DNA of 64,000 nt from an uncultured Acidobacteriota bacterium (GTDB lineage: Bacteria; Acidobacteriota; Thermoanaerobaculia; Multivoradales; JAHEKO01), in the NCBI GenBank assembly GCA_963713825.1, contig CAVQNG010000014.1:192001-256000 (forward strand), read 5' to 3'. Both the position numbers and the translations under genes were made by a program. Position 1 is the first letter of the stretch; every line of letters begins with the position of its first letter. Under the pieces are notes generated by a model. The model was not told the origin of the DNA. It made no database searches and saw nothing but the letters and a program-made list of their open reading frames with translations. Shown one piece after another: positions 53,421 to 62,116 of the stretch.

Positions 53421-53669
53421 AGGCCCCTGTTGAGAAGGGCGATGGCGAGCCCTGCTAGAGCGAGACCTCCGCCGAGCCACTCCAATGGGGACATCCGAAG
53501 GGTGAAGGTGGTACAAGAGCCAGCTGGCAGCCTCTCACACGCCTCGCGCACTGCTTTGATCTGTCCCTCTTCATCTGCCACTTCCAGCAGGTTGACCCCG
53601 AGCAGCAGCTCGGCGGCCCGATTGCAATGAGTGTGGCTGTCGATGAACCCTGGCCGGAGATGAGCGAGA
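53417..53669 (-). pseudogene. Chimeric remnant: amidohydrolase N-terminal fragment joined to a DMT/EamA-like final TM helix
   Basis: PGFIDSHTH...ELLLGVNLLEV...ERLPAGS switches abruptly to MSPLEWLGGGLALAGLAIALL; no credible start or RBS. Confidence 0.55.
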
Positions 53670-54392
53670 TCAACCGCGATCGATAGCGTCGTTCGAGAGC
53701 CGGAAGATGAGAGTGGTCCTGCCGGCGGTGATCTGATCACCGGCCAGTAGCTGGCTATAGCGCACGGGACTGTTGTTCAGAAATGTCCCATTGCGGCTCT
53801 CCAGATCCCTGACGAAAAACTCCGACCCGAAGGCCTCGATTTGAAAGTGAGTCGCGGAGACCGAAGGGTCGGCGAGGTTGACGTCGGCCTCTTTGCGGCC
53901 GAACGAGGTCCTGGCGCGGACGATCGGTCGTTGTTCCTCTCCTGGACGGGCACCGAGAATCAAGATATACGGTTGGGTTTCGAGATCCAGGAAAGGTGAA
54001 GGTAGATCGGCCTTCTCCGGGATCAGCTCGGTGCCCGTCATCGATGAGATCGTCTCCTGAGACTCAGCGAGGTTCGGGCTCGGTTCCAATTCGTCCATGA
54101 TCGCGTTCATCATCAGTGCCGGTTGGAACACCGTGTCAGCCGGGTTCGAGCGGTCGGCAGAGCCGCCCTGCGGAGACGGAGTTGGCGTCTTCTGCTCGAC
54201 TGTGATCGCGATCTCATCGGTCAGATGGGTGTCGCTCCGATCGGCGCCGTCATCCAGCCCATGATTGGAGGGCGAAGACGAGGGAGTGGACTTGTGAGCT
54301 GCGGAGCCGCAGATCGGACATTTCCACTCCGATCGAGGGTCGTCATCGTCCGCTGAGAAGGGATAGCCGCAAGTGTCGCAGGTGATGTCCAT
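53670..54392 (-). CDS. Zn-ribbon + FHA domain protein
   Basis: CDTC...CPIC at the N-terminus, low-complexity linker, FHA FGR...DPSVSATH...DLESRNGTFLN. Confidence 0.9.
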   Translation of the reverse strand: MDITCDTCGYPFSADDDDPRSEWKCPICGSAAHKSTPSSSPSNHGLDDGADRSDTHLTDEIAITVEQKTPTPSPQGGSADRSNPADTVFQPALMMNAIMDELEPSPNLAESQETISSMTGTELIPEKADLPSPFLDLETQPYILILGARPGEEQRPIVRARTSFGRKEADVNLADPSVSATHFQIEAFGSEFFVRDLESRNGTFLNNSPVRYSQLLAGDQITAGRTTLIFRLSNDAIDRG

Positions 54393-54398
54393 GATTCC

Positions 54399-56264
54399 CT
54401 ACTCCTTCCAACGAAGTCTCAGATCGCTGGTCTTGCGATTCAGCGTCACCTTCAAGACTCGCTGTGCACCGGCAGTGAAGTGGCTACGAATGCTGCGTGC
54501 AGTCTCGATCTCTTGAGCCGGCACGGAGACCCGTACCTCGAGAGAGTGTTGCCCCTCGGGTACTGGAATGATCGCCATGACATCCTTGCCCTTGGCCCAG
54601 GCAATAGGGTTGATCGGGCGCTTGAGGGGCTCGGACCAAACAACGTCTCCATCGAGCAGTACCGATAGATGAGCCTTTTCGTTCTTGTGACGATAGTGGA
54701 GCTCGACCACCGATACGGCAGGGGCACCTGACGCAGAAAGCGTCTGAGGTATTGCCGTTGTGATGGGCTGCGCTTCTTTCGCCGCAGGTTCACTCAGCGG
54801 CTGACTGAACAGGGTGACGGATCGATCGCCTGGTTCCTCGGCCTCGTACTCGATCGGCTCGGGCTCCACCGACCGCGGGGGCTGTCGGGCCGGGGCTGTC
54901 GAGGCGGACTGCCTGTCTGTTGCTGTAGCCTTCGGTGCTACGGGCTCTGGTACGCGACTCTCGCTAGGTGGGGATTCGGGCAACTCCTCCACGGTCTCGG
55001 TAGCTGCAACTCTCTCAGCCCGGAACCGGGTAGCGAAGTCCGGCACGTCAACGGCGTTTGTCATGTCGCTGGCGGCGGTTTGTCGCTGATTCATGGCCTG
55101 AAGGCCGAACCATGCGAGGCCTGCCACGAGTCCCAGCCCGACCGCTGAAAGAACCAAGCGCGAGAGCCAACGTCGGGGTGCGGGAAGGGGTTCGGCCGCC
55201 TCATGAGGCTCGATCCTGGCGGTTGCGTGAACGGATTCGACCTGCCGGGTGACCGGCGGCGAGCTTTCGGGATCGGCCGCTCCAAGTCGCAGAGTCTGCG
55301 AGTAGGCCACACTGGAACGGCTTCCAACGAGAGCATCAGCCGGCCTGGGGAATTGCAGGATCTCTCTCGACTGAGTACGGACTTCCGGTGCTGCCGCCTC
55401 GAGGTCATCGGAGGACTCGACTTGCAGAAGCGCCTGAATATCGGTCAGGGCCTGGGCAAACTCTTCTCCGGTCTGATAGCGGCTCCCGGCATCCTTTTGG
55501 AGGGCTCGCTCTGCTATGGCCACGAGTTGCTTGGTGGCTGGCGTGTTGGGTAACTGCATGGGGCGGGGATCGACCTTCAGGATCTTGTAGACCACCTGAA
55601 CGAGTGAATCCCCTGGGAACGGCAGGTCTCCAGTCAGGCACTGATAGAGAACGGCGCCCAGTGAAAAGAGGTCGGAGCGGCCATCGAGAGGCTCGTCCCG
55701 CACCTGCTCGGGGGACATATAGGCCGGCGTGCCGAGAACATGACCCGAGGTCGTGTGAGTTTCCGTCATGATCTTCGCAACACCAAAATCGGAAACTTTC
55801 GGACGGCCCTCCTTCTCGATCAGGATGTTCGACGGCTTGATGTCTCGGTGTACGCGGCCCTTGGAATGAGCGTAGTCCAGGGCCCGCGCGACCTTGGCGA
55901 GGATTTCCATCGTACGGCCGCCGGACAGCCTTCCTTTCTCTTCGAGGTGGCTGCGCAAGGACCTTCCCTGGACCCATTCCATGGCAATGTAGGGGAGGCC
56001 GGTCTTCTCGTCGCTGGCCGCGTCGTAGACCCGGACGATACCGGGATGCGACAGCTTGCCGACGGCCCTTGCTTCGAGCAGGAACCGGTTCTCGAGCTCC
56101 GTCTGCTCACGGGTGTCGAGGGTCCAACCCTTGAGTACGACTTTGAGTGCAATCTGTCGATCCAGGTTGGGATCGTGCGCCAGGTAGACACGACTCATCG
56201 CCCCAGCGCCGAGCTCGCCGACGATCTCGTACCTGCCAATTCGCTCCAGTAGCTCTACTTGCAC
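54399..56264 (-). CDS. Hanks-type membrane Ser/Thr protein kinase
   Basis: LGAGAMSRV, ALK, HRDIKPSN, DFG, GTPAYMSPEQ, DLFSLG; one TM; SD AGGAG before GTG 56264. Confidence 0.95.
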   Translation of the reverse strand: MQVELLERIGRYEIVGELGAGAMSRVYLAHDPNLDRQIALKVVLKGWTLDTREQTELENRFLLEARAVGKLSHPGIVRVYDAASDEKTGLPYIAMEWVQGRSLRSHLEEKGRLSGGRTMEILAKVARALDYAHSKGRVHRDIKPSNILIEKEGRPKVSDFGVAKIMTETHTTSGHVLGTPAYMSPEQVRDEPLDGRSDLFSLGAVLYQCLTGDLPFPGDSLVQVVYKILKVDPRPMQLPNTPATKQLVAIAERALQKDAGSRYQTGEEFAQALTDIQALLQVESSDDLEAAAPEVRTQSREILQFPRPADALVGSRSSVAYSQTLRLGAADPESSPPVTRQVESVHATARIEPHEAAEPLPAPRRWLSRLVLSAVGLGLVAGLAWFGLQAMNQRQTAASDMTNAVDVPDFATRFRAERVAATETVEELPESPPSESRVPEPVAPKATATDRQSASTAPARQPPRSVEPEPIEYEAEEPGDRSVTLFSQPLSEPAAKEAQPITTAIPQTLSASGAPAVSVVELHYRHKNEKAHLSVLLDGDVVWSEPLKRPINPIAWAKGKDVMAIIPVPEGQHSLEVRVSVPAQEIETARSIRSHFTAGAQRVLKVTLNRKTSDLRLRWKE

Positions 56265-56406
56265 TCGATCTCCTCGAGACCACTGTCTCGGCTGGAGACA
56301 GGATCGTGAACCACCCGACGTCTTCACGGTAAGGGGTTTTGTCAATTCCCATCAAGGGAATCTGCCACAGAGGGCGACTTCTGGAGATACGGAAAACGGG
56401 GATGAC

Positions 56407-57045
56407 TCAGGGTGCAGAGCGCGAGGCGACTCGAAAAATGACGCAGAACCGATCGGGGTCGTCGTTCCAATCGTCGTGGCGCGCCACCAGTTGGAATCCT
56501 CGCTCACCCATCTCTTCGATCAGTTGCTCAGGGGGAATGCCATGTCCGCCGCGATCAGGGACTCCCTTGAGGGTTCTCCAATGCTGCTGGGGGGTAATGT
56601 CGATCACGGCCAGGTGCCCGCCGGGCAGCAGCGCACTTCTGAGACTGGCAAGCATGGAGATCGGGTCGACGAAGTGATGATAGACCAAGCGGAGCAGGAT
56701 GGCGTCGCAACAGGCCTCTGGCAGGCCTGAATCCTCTTGATTGCCGGCCACGACCGTGATGTTGGAGAGCCCAGACTGCTCGACCTTCCTCTCGATGGTC
56801 CGGAGCTCGTTGTTGGCAACTTCGGTAGCGAAGATTCGGCCCTCTGGCCCAACGAGCCGGGCAATGGCAAGGCTCCATTCGCCGTCACCCGCTCCGACGT
56901 CGGCCACCTTCATACCCGATTCGATGGGCAGGACCTCGGCGATCTTGTCGACTTCACTCGCCGCGGCGCGGTCGGCCAGGCAACCGATCAGCAGCAGAGC
57001 TGGAAGGAGTCCTGTTGTTGTCAGGACCTCGATGGCGCGTCGCAT
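56407..57045 (-). CDS. Class I SAM methyltransferase with signal peptide/lipobox-like N-terminus
   Basis: VADVGAGDG, VYHH, LLPGGHLAVID; N-terminal LLPALLLIGC. Confidence 0.85.
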   Translation of the reverse strand: MRRAIEVLTTTGLLPALLLIGCLADRAAASEVDKIAEVLPIESGMKVADVGAGDGEWSLAIARLVGPEGRIFATEVANNELRTIERKVEQSGLSNITVVAGNQEDSGLPEACCDAILLRLVYHHFVDPISMLASLRSALLPGGHLAVIDITPQQHWRTLKGVPDRGGHGIPPEQLIEEMGERGFQLVARHDDWNDDPDRFCVIFRVASRSAP

Positions 57046-57091
57046 GCTGCACCATGATACGCGCCGCGGGCAGAAAAGATTCGTCGCAGGG

Positions 57092-57133
57092 AAATTGAAA
57101 GAGTGCCAGAGTGCCCGCCGGCACTCTGGCACT
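57092..57133 (-). terminator. Terminator-like hairpin downstream of the OmpA gene
   Basis: Perfect 14-bp inverted repeat AGTGCCAGAGTGCC-CGCC-GGCACTCTGGCACT (57102-57133), followed on the minus strand by CTTTCAATTT. Confidence 0.75.
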
Positions 57134-57163
57134 GCGCTGCAAGTCGGAATCGACCGCGGCAGC

Positions 57164-57787
57164 CTACTGCAGGACGACCAACGTGACACGTCGGTTCATG
57201 GCCCTGCCGTCGGGGCTGTCGTTGTCCGCGATCGGAGCGGTCTTGCCGTAGGAGATCACGGACATGCGATGCAGGGCGAGGCCCCCCGACTGACTCAGGT
57301 ATCGACGGACGGCTTCCGCGCGACGCTCACCGAGAACCATGTTGTAGGCGTCGTCACCCACGGAGTCGGTATGTCCTTGAATCTCGATAAAGACGTTCTC
57401 GTCTCTCGCCCTGAGCTCGCTGACGAACTGGTCGAGAGCAGCCATGCCCTCCGGGGAGAGCGTTGACTCGTTGAAGCCGAACCGGACCTTGTCGTCGGAG
57501 AGGACTGTCTCGTAGAGGAATTTGCCCTCGGCCAATAGACCTGCGGCGAGCGCGCGGTCCAGGGCCTCCTGAGCCGTTTGGGAGATCTGGGTCATCTCCT
57601 CTTCCTGGATGTCCAGTCGGGTTTGGTTCTCCTCTACCTGACCCTCGATACCGTCCATTCTCTCGGTCGATGTGGCGGTATGAGAATCGAGCTCGGTCCT
57701 TACGTATTTCTTGCTGGCGCAGCCCCCTGCTACCAGCGCCGTCAATAGAACGGCCATCAATGTCGAGCGTTTCCAGTTGTCGTTCAC
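57164..57787 (-). CDS. OmpA-family peptidoglycan-binding lipoprotein with coiled coil
   Basis: Lipobox AGGC; IQGHTDSVG...N..LGERRAEAV...NRRV; SD AAGGAG before GTG. Confidence 0.92.
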   Translation of the reverse strand: MNDNWKRSTLMAVLLTALVAGGCASKKYVRTELDSHTATSTERMDGIEGQVEENQTRLDIQEEEMTQISQTAQEALDRALAAGLLAEGKFLYETVLSDDKVRFGFNESTLSPEGMAALDQFVSELRARDENVFIEIQGHTDSVGDDAYNMVLGERRAEAVRRYLSQSGGLALHRMSVISYGKTAPIADNDSPDGRAMNRRVTLVVLQ

Positions 57788-57812
57788 GACAGTTCTCCTT
57801 GCGATCCGTTGG

Positions 57813-58253
57813 CTAGCTCTTCGCGGCAGCGGCCTGCTTTCCACTCCTCGGCTGCATATCGATATTGCCGCGAAAGTTGGCTCCTTCCTCGAGCACCACC
57901 CGGGGTGCGACGGCGTTGCCCTCGACACGACCCGATTGGCGCACGACCACCTTCTCTTCACCGTAGAGATTGCCGGTGACCTGGCCCTCTACGTAGACGA
58001 CCTTGCAATGAATATCGGCCTTGACTCGGCCCTTCGAGCCGATGGTCACGGTATTCTGGCCGAAGGAGATCTCGCCATCGATCTGTCCCTCGATCAGCAC
58101 GTCCTCGTCACCCGACACATTGCCCTTGATCGAGATCGAGGGTCCCAGCACCGCCTGGCGCGATGGAGTTCCTCCGACAGGGCGGCTGGGGGGAGAGGCT
58201 TGAGGCTCGGGCTGGGACTGTGGTTCTGAATCGGACTGGGGTTTGTTCCACAC
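57813..58253 (-). CDS. Bactofilin (polymer-forming cytoskeletal protein)
   Basis: Pro/Gln-rich N-tail, then beta-helix IKGNVSGDEDVLIEGQIDGEI...VEGQVTGNL...GANFRGNIDM; SD AGGAGG. Confidence 0.93.
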   Translation of the reverse strand: MWNKPQSDSEPQSQPEPQASPPSRPVGGTPSRQAVLGPSISIKGNVSGDEDVLIEGQIDGEISFGQNTVTIGSKGRVKADIHCKVVYVEGQVTGNLYGEEKVVVRQSGRVEGNAVAPRVVLEEGANFRGNIDMQPRSGKQAAAAKS

Positions 58254-58319
58254 CTTGTTTCTTCCTCCTGAGACGGGTTGATTGAGTACAGTTCTCCCGG
58301 TTGTGGAGCCTACCCTAAC

Positions 58320-58335
58320 AGCAACCCTCGTGCCA
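58320..58335 (-). promoter_or_regulatory. Sigma-54 -24/-12 promoter for the bactofilin-OmpA genes
   Basis: Minus strand TGGCAC-GAGGG-TTGCT, an exact match to TGGCAC-N5-TTGCW, 66 nt upstream of the bactofilin start. Confidence 0.88.
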
Positions 58336-58364
58336 ACAGGAGTGGTGAGGCCTATCTCTCTTTA

Positions 58365-58377
58365 AATCAGGTACTTA
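58365..58377 (+). promoter_or_regulatory. IHF-binding site candidate
   Basis: AATCAGGTACTTA matches WATCARNNNNTTR and lies between the sigma-54 promoter and the enhancer palindromes. Confidence 0.65.
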
Positions 58378-58420
58378 GGTCGAAGGAAGGACTGCATCGC
58401 AGGGTCAGGGGTCGAAGGTA

Positions 58421-58486
58421 AAGGGAATTCTTCCCCTTTTCTCGAAGCGATGGCGATTTGAGCTCTCCAGAAGGGAATTTTTCCCT
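58421..58486. promoter_or_regulatory. Paired upstream activator (enhancer) palindromes
   Basis: AAGGGAATTCTTCCC at 58421 and AAGGGAATTTTTCCC at 58471: GGGAA-N3-TTCCC twice, exactly 50 bp apart. Confidence 0.75.
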
Positions 58487-58567
58487 GGTAGACTGGCGGT
58501 TCAATCGGCCGCCGACTCAGCAAGGGTTGCCGCACCGGAGACTGAGGCGATCCCAAGGGAGACTTCA

Positions 58568-59941
58568 ATGATCGAGGACAGAATGAAGGTGTTAGTGGTC
58601 GATGACGAGGCGGCGATGCGCGAGGTTCTCGAGATGCGCCTCAAGCAGTGGGGGTTCGAAGTCGTGGTTGCCGAGAACGCAGCCGAGGCCATGGCGCTCG
58701 CGACTGAGGAGAACCCGGACGCGGTCATCTCGGATCTGGTACTCCCGGATAGCTCGGGTCTCGACCTGGTTCAGAACCTACAGGCCGGTGAGGTGCACCG
58801 GCCCGTCATCATGATTACGGCCCATGGCGCAGTGGACATCGCGGTCGAAGCGATGAAGCTCGGAGCGATGGACTTTCTGACCAAGCCCATCGATTACGAG
58901 AAGCTCAAGGCGACGCTGTTCGCTGCCAAACACGAACTGGAAAGGCGGCACCGGGCCCATCACCTCGAACAGACCCTGGCCGAGGGTGGCGGGCTGGGGT
59001 TGCTGGTCGGGGCCTCGAAGCCGATGCGCGAGGTCTACGATCTACTGAAAGTCCTGGCAAAGAGCGATGCCTCTGCGATCATCACAGGGGAGAGTGGCAC
59101 AGGCAAGGAGTTGGCGGCTCGGACTGTTCACGACCTCAGTGGCCGCAGGTCCGGCCCCTTCATCGCGGTCAACACGGCAGCGATCCCGGAGGGGATTACG
59201 GAGAGTGAGCTTTTTGGCCATGAGAGGGGCGCTTTCACTGGGGCGTCGAGTCCTCGCCCTGGATACTTCGAGTTGGCGGATCAGGGCACCCTGTTCCTGG
59301 ACGAAATCTCTGAGATGCCAGGGGCTCTGCAACCCAAGCTGCTACGAGTGCTGGAGGATGGCAGGGTTCGGCGCGTCGGCGGCAAGAGCGAACGGCGCGT
59401 CGACGTCAGAATCCTCGCCGCCACGAATCGGGATCCGGATTCGGCGCTGGACGCTGGTGTGCTGCGTGGCGATCTCTACTACCGACTGTGCGTCTTTACC
59501 ATTGAGATGCCGCCTCTGAGGACGAGGCCTGAAGACATCTCCCTTTTGACCCAGCACTTCATCAGCCTCGGCAACGCCAAGCACGGAACGGCGGTGGAGG
59601 GTATCTCCGAGGCGACGCTGGATCGACTGGGGGCCTACGATTGGCCCGGCAACGTCCGGGAGCTGCGCAACGTCGTCGAGCGGGGCATCATCCTGGCTCG
59701 GCAGGGTTGGATCGAAACGGTTCACCTGCCACCGTTCATCCGCGGCGGCGAGATCGAGAATCGGGCCGGTCTGGTGCTGCCCGAAGGTGTGACGGTGGCG
59801 GCGGCTGAGAAGATGCTCATTCTTCAGACGCTGGAGAGCGTCGGCAACAACAAGGCCAAGGCCGCCCGTTCGCTGGGAGTCGATGTCAAGACCATCCGCA
59901 ACAAGCTGCGCGCCTGGGGCATGACCGGAAGGGACGAATGA
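58568..59941 (+). CDS. Sigma-54-dependent (NtrC-family) response regulator
   Basis: Receiver VVDDE...SD...KP; GESGTGKE, ESELFGHERGAFTGA, LFLDEI, WPGNVRELRN; Fis-type HTH. Confidence 0.96.
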   Translation: MIEDRMKVLVVDDEAAMREVLEMRLKQWGFEVVVAENAAEAMALATEENPDAVISDLVLPDSSGLDLVQNLQAGEVHRPVIMITAHGAVDIAVEAMKLGAMDFLTKPIDYEKLKATLFAAKHELERRHRAHHLEQTLAEGGGLGLLVGASKPMREVYDLLKVLAKSDASAIITGESGTGKELAARTVHDLSGRRSGPFIAVNTAAIPEGITESELFGHERGAFTGASSPRPGYFELADQGTLFLDEISEMPGALQPKLLRVLEDGRVRRVGGKSERRVDVRILAATNRDPDSALDAGVLRGDLYYRLCVFTIEMPPLRTRPEDISLLTQHFISLGNAKHGTAVEGISEATLDRLGAYDWPGNVRELRNVVERGIILARQGWIETVHLPPFIRGGEIENRAGLVLPEGVTVAAAEKMLILQTLESVGNNKAKAARSLGVDVKTIRNKLRAWGMTGRDE

Positions 59942-61401
59942 AGGTCACCGCCAGACTGGCCACTGGAACGGGGATCGCCGTGATGCTGCTGTTGGGAGTA
60001 TTGGCGTGGGACCTGGCAACCATTCGGCGACTTGCCACGGTGGCGCAGGAACTCTCCCAGGTCAGGCTTCGTGTATCGATTCTGGCTTTGGAGGAGGATC
60101 GACTCCTGAATCGCATGGACGAATTCACTCGCAAGTACTCGGTCACCGAAGACGAGGCCTACGACCAGCGATTGAGCGAGCTCCAAGAGGCTTTTGCAGG
60201 CCGTCTTGCGGAACTGTCGTCGCTCAGGCTCTCAGACGAGGAGCGCCAGGAAGTGGGGCGGCTCTCCAGCCTCTGGGCCAGGTATTGGAGATCAGCGAGG
60301 GCGTTCCAGGAATCGCCGGTGGCTGGGACTGTGGCCGATCGCGATCGCTTGGCAGACTTGCTGGTACGACTGGACGAGTTGCAGCGACAGGTACGACGCG
60401 TGGATGAGGTCGCACAGGGGAGAGTGTCGGAGGAAGCCAGGCGCGCGGCGATGGTCAGCCGGGAGGCGGAGCGCCTCTCCTGGGCCGTGGTTGGCGTGGC
60501 TCTGGTGGTCAGCCTGATCATTCTGTGGCTCACCGTGCGCTCGATTCAGCGACCGCTGAAACGCCTGGCAGGGGGGACGCGGGCAGTCGCCGAAGGGGAC
60601 TTCACCGTTCAGCTCGACAGCTCCGGCAAGGACGAGTTCGGCAGGTTGGCTCGGAGCTTCAACCAGATGGTGCATCGGCTCGCCGAGCTGGATCAGGTCA
60701 AAAAGGACTTCCTGTCGCACGTCTCCCATGAGTTGAAGACACCACTGGTTTCCATGCAAGAGACGATCGAGTTACTTCTCGAGGAGATTCCCGGTCCACT
60801 GAACGAGCGCCAGCAACGCTTCTTGACACTAAATCTGGAGAGCAGTCGGCGGCTTTCATCGATGATTGGCCGACTCTTGGATTTGTCGCGGTTGGAAGCC
60901 GGGGTGATGGAGTACGACTTTCAGAAGTACGACCTGGTAGAGATTGTGAGAGTTGCTGTGGGTGGCTTCGAGGCTCGCTCCAGGGAGGTGAATGTAAGTC
61001 TGGCATTGAATCTACCGACCCACCAGGTTGTCGTCGATTGCGACCACGACAGAATCATCCAGGTTGTCGCGAATCTGGTCGACAACGCTTTGAAGTTCTC
61101 TTCTTCAGGCGAGTCGGTGGAGGTGGTCGTGCATCCACTGCAGGCCGCTTACTCGGAGAGAGGGGCTGCATATGTGGAAGTCAAGGATCGGGGTCCCGGG
61201 GTGGCGGATGAGGAGAAGGAGCAGATCTTCGAGCGCTTCTATCAAGTGGCCAAAGGACCCGGTGAGGGAAGTGCCAGGGGAGTGGGCTTGGGTCTGGCCA
61301 TTTGTCGTGAGATCATCGGGGCTCACCGTGGTGAGATCAGCGTCAAAGACCGGCAGGAGAGGGGAAGCGTCTTTTCCTTCGCTCTGCCGGCTACGGAGTG
61401 A
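59938..61401 (+). CDS. Periplasmic-sensing HAMP histidine kinase
   Basis: Two TMs, HAMP DEFGRLARSFNQM, SHELKTPL, NALKF, DRGPG, GVGLGL; ATGA overlap with the regulator. Confidence 0.95.
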   Translation: MKVTARLATGTGIAVMLLLGVLAWDLATIRRLATVAQELSQVRLRVSILALEEDRLLNRMDEFTRKYSVTEDEAYDQRLSELQEAFAGRLAELSSLRLSDEERQEVGRLSSLWARYWRSARAFQESPVAGTVADRDRLADLLVRLDELQRQVRRVDEVAQGRVSEEARRAAMVSREAERLSWAVVGVALVVSLIILWLTVRSIQRPLKRLAGGTRAVAEGDFTVQLDSSGKDEFGRLARSFNQMVHRLAELDQVKKDFLSHVSHELKTPLVSMQETIELLLEEIPGPLNERQQRFLTLNLESSRRLSSMIGRLLDLSRLEAGVMEYDFQKYDLVEIVRVAVGGFEARSREVNVSLALNLPTHQVVVDCDHDRIIQVVANLVDNALKFSSSGESVEVVVHPLQAAYSERGAAYVEVKDRGPGVADEEKEQIFERFYQVAKGPGEGSARGVGLGLAICREIIGAHRGEISVKDRQERGSVFSFALPATE

Positions 61402-61414
61402 TTGGGGGCGGGCG

Positions 61415-61996
61415 TTGACAGCGACGAAGGCAGCTCTGGTGGTCTCGATGTCGATGCTGGCATGGTCCTGCGCCACCGTCGATCGACAGGCTGACGATTT
61501 GTTCGCGGCCGGGGAGTACGTCCAGGCGGCCAGAGCTTATGAGGCCTATCTCGATTCTGGACCCGAATCGGGTCCAGGCACTTCGAAGGCCCTCTACCGT
61601 CTGGCTGTTACCTACGGCTCAGCGACCAGTTCCCTCTACGATCCTGAGCAGTCCGTGGCCTTGCTGCAGGAGCTCCTGTCAGGGGATCCGGATGGAGAGT
61701 ACTCCCTGGCAGCTGAAGTCATGCTTCAGCAGCAGAAGGAGATCGTTGGTCTCACCGCCGTTGTGGCCTCCCGGCGCGACCTGATCCGGAACCTGATCGA
61801 CGATCTCTCGAGGCTTCAAGAGGATCTTGAACGAACCGAGACTGAGGTCGGCGAGAGAAACGAGACGGTCCAGGATCTGTCGGATCGCATCGAACGACTC
61901 CGCCGAGAAATAGCCCATCTTTCCAAACAACTCTCCGAGCGAGAGTCGGAGCTGGAAAAGCTCAAGGAGATCGACCTGGAAGTTCCCCCCATCTGA
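61415..61996 (+). CDS. Lipoprotein with TPR-like helices and C-terminal coiled coil
   Basis: Lipobox-like LAWSC, YVQAARAYEAYL...ALYRLA, heptad-rich tail ending LEKLKEIDL; TTG start inferred. Confidence 0.75.
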   Translation: MTATKAALVVSMSMLAWSCATVDRQADDLFAAGEYVQAARAYEAYLDSGPESGPGTSKALYRLAVTYGSATSSLYDPEQSVALLQELLSGDPDGEYSLAAEVMLQQQKEIVGLTAVVASRRDLIRNLIDDLSRLQEDLERTETEVGERNETVQDLSDRIERLRREIAHLSKQLSERESELEKLKEIDLEVPPI

Positions 61997-62116
61997 GGGG
62001 CCGGGTATTGAATCGTGCAGCCCTCCTTTCTATGATCTGTCCAGAAGGTTGATCCTGAGCGGGGTCACCTTGTCTGAATTCATCTCTTGCAAGTACTCAA
62101 CATCGAGGAAATTGTC

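Noticed and set aside
57102-57133. CIRCE/HrcA operator (GCACTC/GAGTGC half-sites)
   Set aside because: Half-sites are in the reverse order without the 9-nt spacer; the position after ompA with a U-rich tail fits a terminator
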